A stretch of 64,000 bases of DNA from Candidatus Poribacteria bacterium (GCA_026710795.1 JAPOQK010000005.1:1561-65560); one strand, 5' to 3'. Positions 23,714 to 34,526 are shown, counted from the stretch's first letter. Numbers and translations: made by a program. The notes: generated by a model from the letters alone, not told the origin.

Positions 23714-23977
23714 ATGACACCGAAGCCACCTCCAATTTGTGCAGAACATAACAAACAAAAAGAATGGCGGCAAACGGAATTCAGCTATAACGAAAATGGA
23801 ATTACAATTCGTATTCCGAACGTCTATGCTTGGGTTTGTCCAGAAGATGGTGAAGCATCATTCACACATGAGACTGCCGACGAATTGATTGTAGTATTGC
23901 GCGATTTCGTTGAAGCTGCCAAGCGTGCCAAAGAGAGGCGGTCTGTTTTCACTGAATATGTTGTCGCTGTTGAATAA
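23714..23977 (+). CDS. YgiT/MqsA-like zinc-finger protein (putative antitoxin)
   Basis: CxxH ... IPNVYAWVCPEDGEASF pattern, 3 nt after the DUF4258-like gene. Confidence 0.65.
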   Translation: MTPKPPPICAEHNKQKEWRQTEFSYNENGITIRIPNVYAWVCPEDGEASFTHETADELIVVLRDFVEAAKRAKERRSVFTEYVVAVE

Positions 23978-24030
23978 ACTTTTCTTTTAAGGTGAAATTA
24001 TAAACAATACCTGAAAATAAGGAGAAACTT

Positions 24031-24753
24031 ATGGCACAACCTTTTGTTACAGTTTGGAACGAATTTAGACACGAAAAAACGAATGAAGCTATCAAAAAAT
24101 TATATCCCAAAGGTATTCATAATGCAATTGCCGATGGGTTAAGCGAACACGGAATTGAAACCTTGACTGCTACGTTAGATGAGCCTGAACACGGACTAAC
24201 TGACGAAGTGCTTGAAAAAACGGACGTGTTGATATGGTGGGGACATGCCGCACACGGTGCCGTTGAAGACGCAATCGCTGATAAGGTAAAAGCACGGGTA
24301 CTGCAAGGTATGGGACTTATCGTCTTACATTCTGGACACTATTCTAAGCCGTTTATCCGTTTGATGGGAACATCTTGTAGCTTGAAATGGCGTGAGGCAG
24401 CGGAAAAGGAACGAATCTGGGTGATAGAACACGGACATCCAATTGTCGAAGGACTTGACGAGTACTTTGAAATTGAGCATGCCGAAATGTATGGTGAACC
24501 GTTTGACATTCCTGAACCCGACACGCTTGTTTTCATCAGTTGGTTCCCCGGTGGTGAAGTGTTCCGTAGCGGTTGTTGCTACTACCGCGGCAGAGGAAAG
24601 ATATTCTATTTCCGTCCCGGTCATGAAACATATCCAATTTATTACGACGAAAACGTCCGTCGTGTGATAGCAAACGCATCACGTTGGGCAGCCCTCGGAG
24701 ATGCACCAAAACCTGTTTTTGGACATTCACAACCCTTAGAACCGTTAGAATAG
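24031..24753 (+). CDS. thuA: ThuA (trehalose utilisation) family protein
   Basis: [33 protein letters not shown] motifs. Confidence 0.9.
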   Translation: MAQPFVTVWNEFRHEKTNEAIKKLYPKGIHNAIADGLSEHGIETLTATLDEPEHGLTDEVLEKTDVLIWWGHAAHGAVEDAIADKVKARVLQGMGLIVLHSGHYSKPFIRLMGTSCSLKWREAAEKERIWVIEHGHPIVEGLDEYFEIEHAEMYGEPFDIPEPDTLVFISWFPGGEVFRSGCCYYRGRGKIFYFRPGHETYPIYYDENVRRVIANASRWAALGDAPKPVFGHSQPLEPLE

Positions 24754-24809
24754 AAGACAATAGAAAACAACATTAATTGACTCTATTCCTTCAAATTTAT
24801 AACTTAAAC

Positions 24810-24945
24810 TATAGTGAACTTTAGAATTAACAGGACATTTTGAGTTGTAGGAGGAAACTCCGATTCCCGACTATCAGTGAGTTTTGTCGCGATTCGGAGA
24901 TCGCTCCTACAGAAATGTGTCTCTTTAATTTCAATGTTTACCATA
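24810..24945. repeat. REP doublet embedded in a long imperfect inverted repeat (REPIN/MITE-like)
   Basis: GTAGGAG...CTCCTAC core (24847-24910); arms TATAGTGAAC..AATTAA..ACATTT and AAATGT..TTAATT..GTTTACCATA. Confidence 0.65.
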
Positions 24946-25021
24946 AATACAGAATGTGCTCCTATGTGGAAACTTGAGCTAATTTACCACTAACTCTTTT
25001 AACCTTAAATGGAGATGAACC

Positions 25022-25744
25022 ATGGAAGACAATAAAGCCAATACCGCACAACTATTACAAGACGGTTATGTATTGATTGAAGGTGCATTGTCCCCTGAAG
25101 AGACCGAGAATATCCGTCAACGTGTAAATTACGCACGCGAACAGGGTTGGGAAGAAGGATTGAACGCAGTTGGCAATATGTGGTTTGATTCTCTGCTTGA
25201 CAGAGAGCCGGATACTTATACGCCACTTGTAGGACATCCAAGTGTTCGTCCATACCTTGAAGGACTAATGGGTAAGCAGTGTCAACTTCGTAGTCTACGT
25301 GCTCATATCAACCCGGGTCCATACTTACAGGAATGGCACATGGACTTTTACGGTTACTGGCACGAAAAGCGATATGTAGAAGAACACCCGTTTGCTATGG
25401 CACCAGCCGGTATTAACACCACTTACTATTTTCAAGACAACGGACCAGGTGATGGACACCTGAAGTTTGTAAAAAATGGACATATCAACGAGCCACCGAA
25501 TCTTTATCCTTTAGATAGACCTAAATTTGAGGAATGGTGTGAGGCACAAGAACATGTTATATTGTACCCGAAAGCAGGGGATTGTGTCGTGTTCATCAAC
25601 CACATGCCACACCAAGGTGCAAAGGAAAGAGACGATATGGAACGCAGCAATGTAGTGTGTCATTATCAGGTTACACCGATGTATGATGGTGTGTGGCATG
25701 TGTCACGTCCGCGTGGATATCAGGGCACCTTTCCGTTTGCTTAG
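25022..25744 (+). CDS. PhyH family dioxygenase
   Basis: DGYVLIEGAL, WHMD, KAGDCVVF..HMPHQG, R motifs. Confidence 0.82.
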   Translation: MEDNKANTAQLLQDGYVLIEGALSPEETENIRQRVNYAREQGWEEGLNAVGNMWFDSLLDREPDTYTPLVGHPSVRPYLEGLMGKQCQLRSLRAHINPGPYLQEWHMDFYGYWHEKRYVEEHPFAMAPAGINTTYYFQDNGPGDGHLKFVKNGHINEPPNLYPLDRPKFEEWCEAQEHVILYPKAGDCVVFINHMPHQGAKERDDMERSNVVCHYQVTPMYDGVWHVSRPRGYQGTFPFA

Positions 25745-25801
25745 AAATATATTCAAATGTTTCAAGCACAGGTGTGCTTTACATCCCAAGATGTTAAAAA
25801 A

Positions 25802-26866
25802 ATGAAGAATTTCAATTACTATCCCACAATAATAATCTTGCTTCTGTTTACAACTATTGCATTCGCGCAAGAGGGGAATATAGAACGCAAAGAAGATGGA
25901 CATAACTCTATGAATAGACTTCGTGTAATCATGACATCGGATTTTCCACCGATTGGTGTCGTCAAGGGTGGAAACGCACCCAACCATCAGAAAAGTGACC
26001 CCGATGATATGCAGTCAATGGTCCGCTTTCTATTGTATGCTAATGAGTTTGACATTGAAGCACTGATTGCTTCTTCGGGTACCTTTGCCAACATTGCCAA
26101 GAAACAACACATACTGGATGTGATTGACCGCTATGAAAAAGTATATGAGAATTTAAAAAAACATGACCCCTTGTATGCTACCCCGGACTATCTGCGTTCG
26201 GTTACTTTCCAAGGACGTAGCGGCACCTGGGGCAAAAAGGGAACTGTCAATATTGGTGAAGGAAAAGACAGTGAGGCTTCGGAGGCAATTATCCGCATCG
26301 TGGACAAACCCGATCCTCGCCCGGTCTATATTGGCATCTGGGGAGATTGCAGCGTTGTAGCGCAAGCAGTGTGGAAAGTCCAAAATACACGCAGTGCTGC
26401 CGACATAGAAACGTTCCTAAGCAAATTACGTATTCATCAAATCGCTACCCAAGATGGCACGATTGGTTGGCTACGCGATAATTACCCAAAGGTATTCATC
26501 ATTCATTCCAAAAAGACTTACCAAGGGATGTTCGGAGGACGTGATCCGATTTCAAACCTTGCATGGGTCAACGAGAACATTCGCAAAAACCACGGACCTC
26601 TCTGCGACGTGTACCCGCACGAAGGGATGGGATGCACCGGTGTGTGTGAAGGGGATTCGCCTTCGTTCCTGTGGTTAGTTAGTGCTAACCGCGGATTGAA
26701 CGATCCGGATGACCCAACCCAGGAAAGTTGGGGAGGACAATTCAAGCGAGTCGCGAACACCAATCACTACGTTGATGGTCCCGGTACATCAAGCATCTCC
26801 AAGTGGCGTGCCGACTATCAGGCGGAGTTCAAGGAACGCGCAGATTGGTGTATAAGTCCCCCTTAG
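25802..26866 (+). CDS. Secreted DUF1593 / nucleoside hydrolase-like protein
   Basis: DPDDMQSMVRFLLYANEFDIEALIA, EGDSPSFL, SWGGQF, RADWC; signal peptide from ATG 25802. Confidence 0.85.
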   Translation: MKNFNYYPTIIILLLFTTIAFAQEGNIERKEDGHNSMNRLRVIMTSDFPPIGVVKGGNAPNHQKSDPDDMQSMVRFLLYANEFDIEALIASSGTFANIAKKQHILDVIDRYEKVYENLKKHDPLYATPDYLRSVTFQGRSGTWGKKGTVNIGEGKDSEASEAIIRIVDKPDPRPVYIGIWGDCSVVAQAVWKVQNTRSAADIETFLSKLRIHQIATQDGTIGWLRDNYPKVFIIHSKKTYQGMFGGRDPISNLAWVNENIRKNHGPLCDVYPHEGMGCTGVCEGDSPSFLWLVSANRGLNDPDDPTQESWGGQFKRVANTNHYVDGPGTSSISKWRADYQAEFKERADWCISPP

Positions 26867-26983
26867 TGCTTCGTCCACTTTTATTTATGGTGCATTAACA
26901 ATAGGGTGAGGTTTCTCATCCGACAACGAACAGATACCATCAATTTAAAATGATCTGAACCTTAAACGAATTGGAGGACACTC

Positions 26984-27769
26984 ATGCATAAATTTGTAAC
27001 TTGTCTGTGTGCTGTGTTTCTGATAGGGAGTTTACAGAATGTCATCTCAGCTGCAGAACTGGAAGGGTTAGTTGTTTATTTTGCATTTGAAGCTGGCAAA
27101 GGTGAAACCGTCGAAGACCTGTCAGGGAAGGGAAACCATGGAGATTTAGAAGGTGATACTGACTGGGGTGATGGTAAGTTCGGTAATGGACTCAATTTTG
27201 GTGGAGAGAATGGAATTGTCCGAGTCAAACATAATAACGACTTTGTATTTACCGAAGGTATCACCATTTGTGCGTGGATTCGTCCTACCTTGGTCGTAGG
27301 ACCCGGCACATGGCAATTGATTGCTGCAAAAGGTCCCGATGTAGACGAATTTTTTGAAATACTTCTACATCCGGATGGATACATCTGGATGGGTTGGAAA
27401 TTAACAAATGGTCGTCAAGTTCCTGCAAAAAGTCCCGTTAAGATAGACAAAGATACATGGCAGCATGTTGCTGTTTCCTATCAAAGAAATGAATGGTGGA
27501 CAGTATATCTTGATGGAGAGGTATTGATAGATCATCCAAAGCAAGATGCCAAATTAGTTCCTGTTGAATCACCTTTAATTATCGGAACTGAGGAACCGCT
27601 CAATTTAAACCGCTACTATAATGGCGATATGGATGAGTTTGCTCTCTTTGACCGTGGACTTACCCAAAAAGAGGTTCAAAGGATACAGGGTGGTATTGAG
27701 GATATATTAGCAGTTGAACCGACAGCGAAACTCTCCACAACGTGGGGTAGTATTAAACAGAAGTATTAG
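26984..27769 (+). CDS. Secreted LamG (concanavalin-like) domain protein with C-terminal TTWG motif
   Basis: EDLSGKGNHG, GKFGNGLNF, WQHVAVSY, GDMDEFALFDRGLT; ends AVEPTAKLSTTWGSIKQKY. Confidence 0.88.
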   Translation: MHKFVTCLCAVFLIGSLQNVISAAELEGLVVYFAFEAGKGETVEDLSGKGNHGDLEGDTDWGDGKFGNGLNFGGENGIVRVKHNNDFVFTEGITICAWIRPTLVVGPGTWQLIAAKGPDVDEFFEILLHPDGYIWMGWKLTNGRQVPAKSPVKIDKDTWQHVAVSYQRNEWWTVYLDGEVLIDHPKQDAKLVPVESPLIIGTEEPLNLNRYYNGDMDEFALFDRGLTQKEVQRIQGGIEDILAVEPTAKLSTTWGSIKQKY

Positions 27770-27780
27770 CATTCATAGTG

Positions 27781-27838
27781 TGTCAAATTGACATCAGCAG
27801 CCGAAAGTTATATTAAGGCTAAAACTGCCAATTTGACA
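27781..27838. promoter_or_regulatory. Two palindromic boxes, candidate enhancer-binding-protein sites
   Basis: TGTCAAATTGACA (27781-27793) and TGCCAATTTGACA (27826-27838). Confidence 0.55.
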
Positions 27839-27876
27839 CGGTTACTGTGTAAACCATTCAATCTAAGGGATTAAGG

Positions 27877-27893
27877 TTGGCACAGATATTGCA
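27877..27893 (+). promoter_or_regulatory. Sigma54 (-24/-12) promoter of dnaK
   Basis: TTGGCACAGATATTGCA = TGGCAC-N5-TTGCA with exact GG-N10-GC spacing. Confidence 0.7.
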
Positions 27894-27948
27894 CTTATAT
27901 TTATCATTAATATTGTAAAAGAATAGAATTAATAAATCGGAGATAAAA

Positions 27949-29877
27949 ATGGGTAAAGTAATTGGAATTGATTTAGGAACAACAAATTCATGTGTCGCTG
28001 TATTAGAAAGTGGCGATGCAAAAGTTATTGAAAATGCGGAGGGAAATCGGACGACCCCTTCGGTTGTTGGTTTCACGAAAGAGGGAGAACGTCCGGTCGG
28101 ACAAGTAGCCAAAAGACAAGCCATCACAAACCCTGAAAACACAATATTTTCAATTAAACGGTTCATGGGGCGAAAATATAGCGAACTTGGGGACGATGCT
28201 TCCCGAGTGCCTTATGAATTAAAAAGCGACAAAGATGGGGATGTTGCAGTAGATATTGAAGGCAAAGAATACTCTCCCCCAGAAATCTCCGCTATGGTCT
28301 TGCGGAAAATGAAAGAAACTGCTGAAGCATACCTTGGAGAAGAGGTTACACAAGCAGTCGTCACCGTACCAGCATACTTCAACGACTCACAACGTCAAGC
28401 GACAGCAGATTCAGGTAAAATCGCAGGTTTAGAAGTGCTACGGATTATCAACGAACCAACCGCTGCTTCACTCGCTTACGGGTTGCAGAGTGAAGGTGAT
28501 AAGAAAATCGCTGTTTATGACCTCGGTGGGGGCACTTTTGACATCTCAATTCTGGAGATAGGTGATGGTGTTTTTGAAGTGAAAAGCACTAACGGTGATA
28601 CACACCTCGGTGGTGATGACTTTGACCAAGCCGTAATTGATTGGATGGCACAAGAATTCCTCAGTAGCCAAGGGATTGATTTACGAAACGATCAGATGGC
28701 ACTACAACGCCTGAAAGAGGCAGCGGAAACTGCAAAGTGTGAACTATCCAGCACACTCCAGACAGATATTAATCTGCCGTTTATTACTGTGGATGCCAGT
28801 GGTCCGAAGCACCTTAATCTAACACTTACCAGAGCAAAACTGGAACAAATAACCGATGATCTCGTAGAACGTTCTCTTACACCATGCAAACAAGCACTCA
28901 GTGATGCTGAGATGCAACCCGCTGATATTGACGAAGTTATACTCGTCGGTGGGCAAACACGAATGCCGAAAGTTCAGGAGGCAGTCGAGCAACTCTTCGG
29001 TAAGGAACCACACAAAGGTGTTAACCCAGATGAAGTAGTAGCAGTTGGTGCTGCAATTCAGGGCGGTGTGCTTGCTGGAGACGAAGAAGTCAAAGATATT
29101 CTCTTGCTTGATGTAACCCCACTTTCACTCGGTATTGAAACACTTGGTGGGATGTTTACTCGGCTAATTGAAAAGAATACCACAATACCAACGAAAAAAT
29201 CCGAGAAGTTCACAACCGCGGAAGACAACCAAACTTCAGTTGATGTGCATGTCCTGCAAGGTGAACGGGAACAAGCGGTCTACAACAAAACAATTGGTCG
29301 GTTCCGACTCAGTGATATTCCACCTGCACCCAGAGGTGTTCCACAGATTGAGGTTACATTTGATATTGATGCAAATGGTATTCTCAATGTATCCGCAAAG
29401 GATACAGCAACGGGTAAGGAGCAGAACATTACAATCACTGCCTCCTCCGGTCTTACGGATACAGAAATTGATCAGATGGTGAAGGATGCGGAAGCGCACG
29501 CTGAAGAGGATAAACAGAAACGGGAAGAAGTTGAGACACGCAACCGTGCTGATTCTTTGGTCTATGAAACCGAAAAAAACCTGAAGGAATTTGGCGATAA
29601 GGTAGATGATGCGACTAAGCAAAAGGTTAACGCTGGCGTTGAACGTGTCAAGCAGGCACTGGAAGCGAACAACAATGAAGAGATAAAATCTGCAACTGAT
29701 GACCTAATGCAGATATGGCATGAGGCTTCAGCACAATTATACCAACAGACTGCTGATGCTGATCCGGGTACTGGTACTCCTCCTCAAGATACTCCCTCTG
29801 AAGATGCTCCACCAGAGGATGTGGTAGATGCTGAATACGAAGTTGTTGACGAAGATGAGAATAAGGAGAAGGAGTAG
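27949..29877 (+). CDS. dnaK: Chaperone DnaK (Hsp70)
   Basis: [48 protein letters not shown]. Confidence 0.99.
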   Translation: MGKVIGIDLGTTNSCVAVLESGDAKVIENAEGNRTTPSVVGFTKEGERPVGQVAKRQAITNPENTIFSIKRFMGRKYSELGDDASRVPYELKSDKDGDVAVDIEGKEYSPPEISAMVLRKMKETAEAYLGEEVTQAVVTVPAYFNDSQRQATADSGKIAGLEVLRIINEPTAASLAYGLQSEGDKKIAVYDLGGGTFDISILEIGDGVFEVKSTNGDTHLGGDDFDQAVIDWMAQEFLSSQGIDLRNDQMALQRLKEAAETAKCELSSTLQTDINLPFITVDASGPKHLNLTLTRAKLEQITDDLVERSLTPCKQALSDAEMQPADIDEVILVGGQTRMPKVQEAVEQLFGKEPHKGVNPDEVVAVGAAIQGGVLAGDEEVKDILLLDVTPLSLGIETLGGMFTRLIEKNTTIPTKKSEKFTTAEDNQTSVDVHVLQGEREQAVYNKTIGRFRLSDIPPAPRGVPQIEVTFDIDANGILNVSAKDTATGKEQNITITASSGLTDTEIDQMVKDAEAHAEEDKQKREEVETRNRADSLVYETEKNLKEFGDKVDDATKQKVNAGVERVKQALEANNNEEIKSATDDLMQIWHEASAQLYQQTADADPGTGTPPQDTPSEDAPPEDVVDAEYEVVDEDENKEKE

Positions 29878-29902
29878 ACTATCCTAACTTAAGTCTACTT
29901 CT
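29873..29902 (+). terminator. Hairpin overlapping the dnaK stop
   Basis: AGTAGACT-N11-AGTCTACT followed by a short pyrimidine run. Confidence 0.45.
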
Positions 29903-29944
29903 ATTCATGAGGTGTTATAGATGTCTTATAGGAACTTTACCTTA

Positions 29945-30169
29945 TACCATTTCTAATATTTATTGTCCCATTACTGGATTCAACCATTGTTATTGATTGG
30001 AAATCTTTCTTCTGTAGGATCGACCCGGTGAATGCCTAAATGGCATTCATACCGTTGATTTGGGGGAATGCCTAAATGGCATTCATACCGTTGATTTACC
30101 GGTCGCGACCACGAGGTCGCTCCTACAAGTAGTCCTCAGCAAATGGCACTTTATTTATTAGAAATGGTA
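29945..30169. mobile_element. MITE-like element with 14-bp terminal inverted repeats and TTA flanks
   Basis: TACCATTTCTAATA ... TATTAGAAATGGTA, TTA on both sides; contains REP halves and two 36-nt hairpin units. Confidence 0.65.
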
Positions 30170-30496
30170 TTACATTTATGGGGCATCTACAACAGGGATA
30201 GATTGAGTGTTTCTCAAATTAGAAGAAAAATGTCTGCACATTGATATGGCAACCTACCAAATCGGTCGGTGTAACAGAATCCTTGGCATCCTCTCCAGTA
30301 TGGTATTACAAAAGGCGTGATATTACCTTTGACTATGTCACCTAAATTAGGGTGGCTATGTCTTTGGACTGAATATGTGAAGTAGTTGAGGAAAATGAGA
30401 ATAAAGACAAAGAATAAAAATAGAATTAAAAAACCCTCGTACCAACATCCTTTATAGACGTTTTTACGAGGGCATTCATTTTATAATGGAAATGTA

Positions 30497-31423
30497 TTAG
30501 TACCCCAGCAGTGCAATCCCCTCACGGTAAGTATTCGCAGATGTTTGCAATGCATTCAACTCGTCATCTGTCAATTCAATCTCAATAATCTCTTCAATAC
30601 CGTTTGCACCGAGTTTTATCGGAACACCGATATAAAGGTCGTTGATGCCGTATTGACCTGTGAGATGTGCAGAACATGGCAGTAGCCGTTTCTTGTCCAA
30701 GACAATCGCTTCTGCCATTTGTGCTAACGATGCACCAGCAGCGTAATACCCACTTGTCTTAAGAAGATTGACCACCTCAGCACCACCATCACGGGTGCGC
30801 TGTGCCATCGCTTCAATACGATCTTCGGGTATCAATTGCGGTATTGGAATGCCGTTGACGGTTGTATAACGTGGTAGTGGCACCATCGTGTCACCGTGTC
30901 CACCAAGCACGAGGGCATGGATATCTTCTACCGATACACCAAGTTCAAGAGAAATAAAATAACGGAACCGTGCTGAATCCAATACACCTGCTTGTCCAAC
31001 GACTCGGTGTGACGGAAATCCTGATACCTTCCACGCGTGGTAGGTCATGATGTCAAGTGGATTGGTAAGCATCATAATGATGGTGTCTGGAGAATGCTTC
31101 ACTACGTTTTCTGTGACACTGCCAACAATGTTTGCATTTGTTTGTAGTAAGTCTTCGCGTGTCATACCCGGTTTGCGCGGGGAACCTGATGTGATAATCA
31201 CTAAATCGGAATCTGCGGTTGCGGAATAATCAAGGTCACCGCTAATCGCGGCATCAAACAGTTCCACCGGTCCCATCTCTGCCATATCCAACGCTTTACC
31301 TTGCGGGACTCCATCAACGATGTCAATCATGACAACATCCCCAAGCTGCTTCTGTGCTATCAGGAATGCTGCTGTCGCTCCGACGTTACCTGCACCAATT
31401 ACACTAATTTTCTTTCTTGCCAC
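30497..31423 (-). CDS. mdh: Malate dehydrogenase (LDH-like)
   Basis: GAGNVG, PRKPGMTREDL, LDSARF, GGHGDTMVP; GTG start with GGAGGA RBS. Confidence 0.96.
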   Translation of the reverse strand: MARKKISVIGAGNVGATAAFLIAQKQLGDVVMIDIVDGVPQGKALDMAEMGPVELFDAAISGDLDYSATADSDLVIITSGSPRKPGMTREDLLQTNANIVGSVTENVVKHSPDTIIMMLTNPLDIMTYHAWKVSGFPSHRVVGQAGVLDSARFRYFISLELGVSVEDIHALVLGGHGDTMVPLPRYTTVNGIPIPQLIPEDRIEAMAQRTRDGGAEVVNLLKTSGYYAAGASLAQMAEAIVLDKKRLLPCSAHLTGQYGINDLYIGVPIKLGANGIEEIIEIELTDDELNALQTSANTYREGIALLGY

Positions 31424-31637
31424 TTCTTCCTCCGTTATGAGTAATTTATTCGAAGATTTGAGTTGTCCAAAACTACCTTTCTCCCTGTTCACGAATTGCT
31501 ACCAACTCTTCCAAGATACGTTTATGAAGACGATATAACTCATAGCCTATCCCAAATCCGATTCCCGCTAATACTCCGATTCCTACGATAAATATGGTTT
31601 TTCGAGACATGAGACTAATCCTTTTGTGTATTGCGTT

Positions 31638-32885
31638 TTACGAAAAGTTCTCAATAATCGCTTCACCGTACTCAGATGTGCGAACCTTTGTAGCACCTTC
31701 CATCAACCGTTCCAGATCATAGGTTACTTTCTTTTGGAGAATAGTCTTTTCAAGTCCAGCGATAATCAGGTCTGCTGCTTCTTGCCAACCGATATGTTCC
31801 AACATCATCACTGCGGAAAGGATAAGTGAACTTGGATTGACGACATCCTGATCAGCATATTTGGGTGCTGTGCCGTGTGTTGCCTCAAAAAGTGCGACTT
31901 CATCATTGAGATTGCCCCCCGGTGCCATACCGATTCCACCGACTTGCGCCGCTGCTGCATCGGAGAGATAATCGCCGTTCAAATTCGGTGTAGCAATCAC
32001 ATCGTATTCATCGGTTCGCGTTAAAATCTGCTGTAGCATGCTATCCGCAATTCGATCATTGACGATAATTTTACCTTCTGGTACGTTTCCATCATACTTG
32101 TCATAGAGTTCGGCTTCCGTGATAGTGGAATCAGCAAATTCCTCTTTTGCCAGTTCGTATCCCCAAGCACAGAAAGCACCCTCAGTAAACTTCATGATAT
32201 TCCCTTTATGAACAAAGGTGACACTTCGTCTGCCGTGGTCGATTGCGTATTGAATCGCCATTCTCGCTAAACGTTTTGTCCCGAAAATGCTTATCGGTTT
32301 GATGCCAACACCAGAGTCTTCTCTGATTTCAACACCCATTTCGGTGCGAAGTAGGTCAATAACCTTTTTCACTTCTGGTGTGCCTTGTTCCCATTCAATC
32401 CCAGCGTATACGTCTTCGGTATTCTCACGGAATATTACGACATCCATTTTTTCAGGATGGGTAACAGGAGCCGGGACACCTTGGAAGTAACGGACAGGTC
32501 GGATACAGGCATAGAGTTCAAGGACCTGACGTAGTGTTACGTTTAGACTACGAAACCCACCACCGACAGGTGTTGTCAGTGGACCTTTGAGTGCCACACG
32601 GAAATGTTCAATCGCATTGAAGGTATCTTGTGGTAACCACTCATTATATTTTGCCATGGCGTTTTCGCCAGCGTAGATATCAAACCATACAATCTGATTC
32701 TTTCCACCATAGGCAGTTTGGACAGATGCATCAACGACACGACGGGTCGTTTTCATAATGTCGCGTCCGATACCGTCACCTTCAATTACAGGAATAATAG
32801 GGTTATTTGGAACAATCTTCTGTCCGTTGGTTGTTTCTATCTTTTCACCTGTTGTTGGGACTGTCAATTGGTCAAAATCAATCAC
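31638..32885 (-). CDS. icd: NADP-dependent isocitrate dehydrogenase
   Basis: [53 protein letters not shown]. Confidence 0.97.
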   Translation of the reverse strand: MIDFDQLTVPTTGEKIETTNGQKIVPNNPIIPVIEGDGIGRDIMKTTRRVVDASVQTAYGGKNQIVWFDIYAGENAMAKYNEWLPQDTFNAIEHFRVALKGPLTTPVGGGFRSLNVTLRQVLELYACIRPVRYFQGVPAPVTHPEKMDVVIFRENTEDVYAGIEWEQGTPEVKKVIDLLRTEMGVEIREDSGVGIKPISIFGTKRLARMAIQYAIDHGRRSVTFVHKGNIMKFTEGAFCAWGYELAKEEFADSTITEAELYDKYDGNVPEGKIIVNDRIADSMLQQILTRTDEYDVIATPNLNGDYLSDAAAAQVGGIGMAPGGNLNDEVALFEATHGTAPKYADQDVVNPSSLILSAVMMLEHIGWQEAADLIIAGLEKTILQKKVTYDLERLMEGATKVRTSEYGEAIIENFS

Positions 32886-32969
32886 TTGGATTCCTCTCTG
32901 ATTAACATAGAATCTCTATAGTCTGATCACGTTTAGTTTATATAGGGGTGTAGCGAAGAGAACTTTCTA

Positions 32970-34526
32970 TCATTCAAATATCTCGGGACCAGCCATCCGT
33001 TCATGTAGTGCGACAACTTCATTAGCGATTGTCATATCATCGGACGGTTTTGGAATAATCTTGGGGTCTGGAGGTATGACAGGTCGGATAATCTTGATTT
33101 GGAGTTGTTCCCGCGCATCCATTATCCAACCAAATCCGCGGAAGATGTATGTCAGGAACGTCCTGTCGCTTTCGTAAATATCCAATCCTTCTTGAACTGC
33201 CCATCCGCCAAAATCGGTATTAGGAGTTAAACGGAGCGGTGGTTCATTTTCACGACCTGGACGCACGACCCCCTCAATGAATGCGATCTGATATATACGC
33301 TGCATAATTGCTAACCGCTTTTTCTGTCTGTCACTGAGTTTAATTTCCCCTTTTTCAACAGCATCAATAAAAGGGTTGAAATAGATTGCCGGTCTGGGGT
33401 CTTGTTGGATTTCGTCAGATCTGCCAGCGGCGGCAATTTCTGGGTGTCCGAAGGTTGGCAAAGCGATGCGCATCCGTTCACGAATTGCTGTTTCCCTTGC
33501 ATTCGTGTCAAGTGGTTCTATCTGATTGATAAATGCTGTCATATCATGGATAGCACCGAAATGTCTGTCTCCATCTAATGCCATCTGTGAAGCGACAAAG
33601 AAATCGGAAACTGCACCAGCGTATAAAGTAGCAAGGTAGCGAGCAACAACGTTAGAACCTGCAGAACCGTGATGCGTCTGTATGATTCCCATACGTTCTA
33701 ATATATTTGCTTCAACGGAACTTGCCTCTCTACCCAAAAGGAGGCTATAACATGTTTGGAATGCGGATTTCTCATCTTTTTGGTGTTCAGTAATAAGGTC
33801 ATTGGTACGCATTGCGAGAACTTGTGGGTGTAAAGCACTGCTTTGTCTCAACTGGTGACGCATGAAGACAGATACTGTCCCCACTGCAACGTTTTCCATG
33901 TGTGTTCCAATGAGTTCCAATAGCAGAGAACCAGAATTTCTTGTGGCTTTAATACCCTTCTGATTTGGGACACTTAATTTACGTAACGTTGAAAAATGTT
34001 GAATGACTGCTTCAGGCCCAGCGTCGGGGAAGGATTTTACGAATTCTGCGACCTGATTGATGAGGCGATGTTTCCCTGTTAAACTGTCTCTGCGGAGTTC
34101 AGTAAACCGATAAAACTTTCTGTCTATTAATTCGGATAAAATTGCTTCTTCATCTAAATTATCAGAATGTTTCTCAGGTTTTCTACCAAATAGTCCTGTG
34201 AAAATAACATAAGCCGGACTAAGTTTGTTAGCGATAATTTCACTTTCTGAGACGGCACCGCGTATGGCAAAACTTCTGATATTCAGGGTTATCTGTGCAT
34301 CCTTACAATTCACAGCTGCCTTGTGTAACACAGGATTGGCAAATACATTTGTGGATTGCGGCATAGAACTGAAACTTTTTAGGGCTGCCGCAATATCGTC
34401 CTCCCCTAAATCTGCTGCTCTATCCATTGACTCCGTTACAGGGGAGTAGGCAGAGGCAACGGGAACTTCAGACAGAATTTTTCTGACCGCCGCTACCTGT
34501 TTCGCCTCCATATTCTTATTCAACAT
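32970..34526 (-). CDS. Divergent citrate synthase-fold protein
   Basis: HHGSAGSNVVAR, RHFGA, TFGHP, DPR, PNTDF, RGFGW...EQ..IIRP occur in citrate synthase order; upstream of icd-mdh; GAAGGAG RBS. Confidence 0.7.
   Translation of the reverse strand: MLNKNMEAKQVAAVRKILSEVPVASAYSPVTESMDRAADLGEDDIAAALKSFSSMPQSTNVFANPVLHKAAVNCKDAQITLNIRSFAIRGAVSESEIIANKLSPAYVIFTGLFGRKPEKHSDNLDEEAILSELIDRKFYRFTELRRDSLTGKHRLINQVAEFVKSFPDAGPEAVIQHFSTLRKLSVPNQKGIKATRNSGSLLLELIGTHMENVAVGTVSVFMRHQLRQSSALHPQVLAMRTNDLITEHQKDEKSAFQTCYSLLLGREASSVEANILERMGIIQTHHGSAGSNVVARYLATLYAGAVSDFFVASQMALDGDRHFGAIHDMTAFINQIEPLDTNARETAIRERMRIALPTFGHPEIAAAGRSDEIQQDPRPAIYFNPFIDAVEKGEIKLSDRQKKRLAIMQRIYQIAFIEGVVRPGRENEPPLRLTPNTDFGGWAVQEGLDIYESDRTFLTYIFRGFGWIMDAREQLQIKIIRPVIPPDPKIIPKPSDDMTIANEVVALHERMAGPEIFE

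Noticed and set aside
27766-27793. CIRCE element upstream of dnaK (TTAGCATTC)
   Set aside because: Only a left half-like match overlapping a stop codon; no GAGTGCTAA arm at 9-nt spacing
30030-30097. 36-nt palindromic direct repeats as a CRISPR array
   Set aside because: Units are directly adjacent with no unique spacers, only 2-3 per locus, and no cas genes are present
30243-30362. Possible further MITE (GATATGGCAACCTA ... TAGGGTGGCTATGTC)
   Set aside because: The inverted ends are too degenerate and there is no clear second copy in the window
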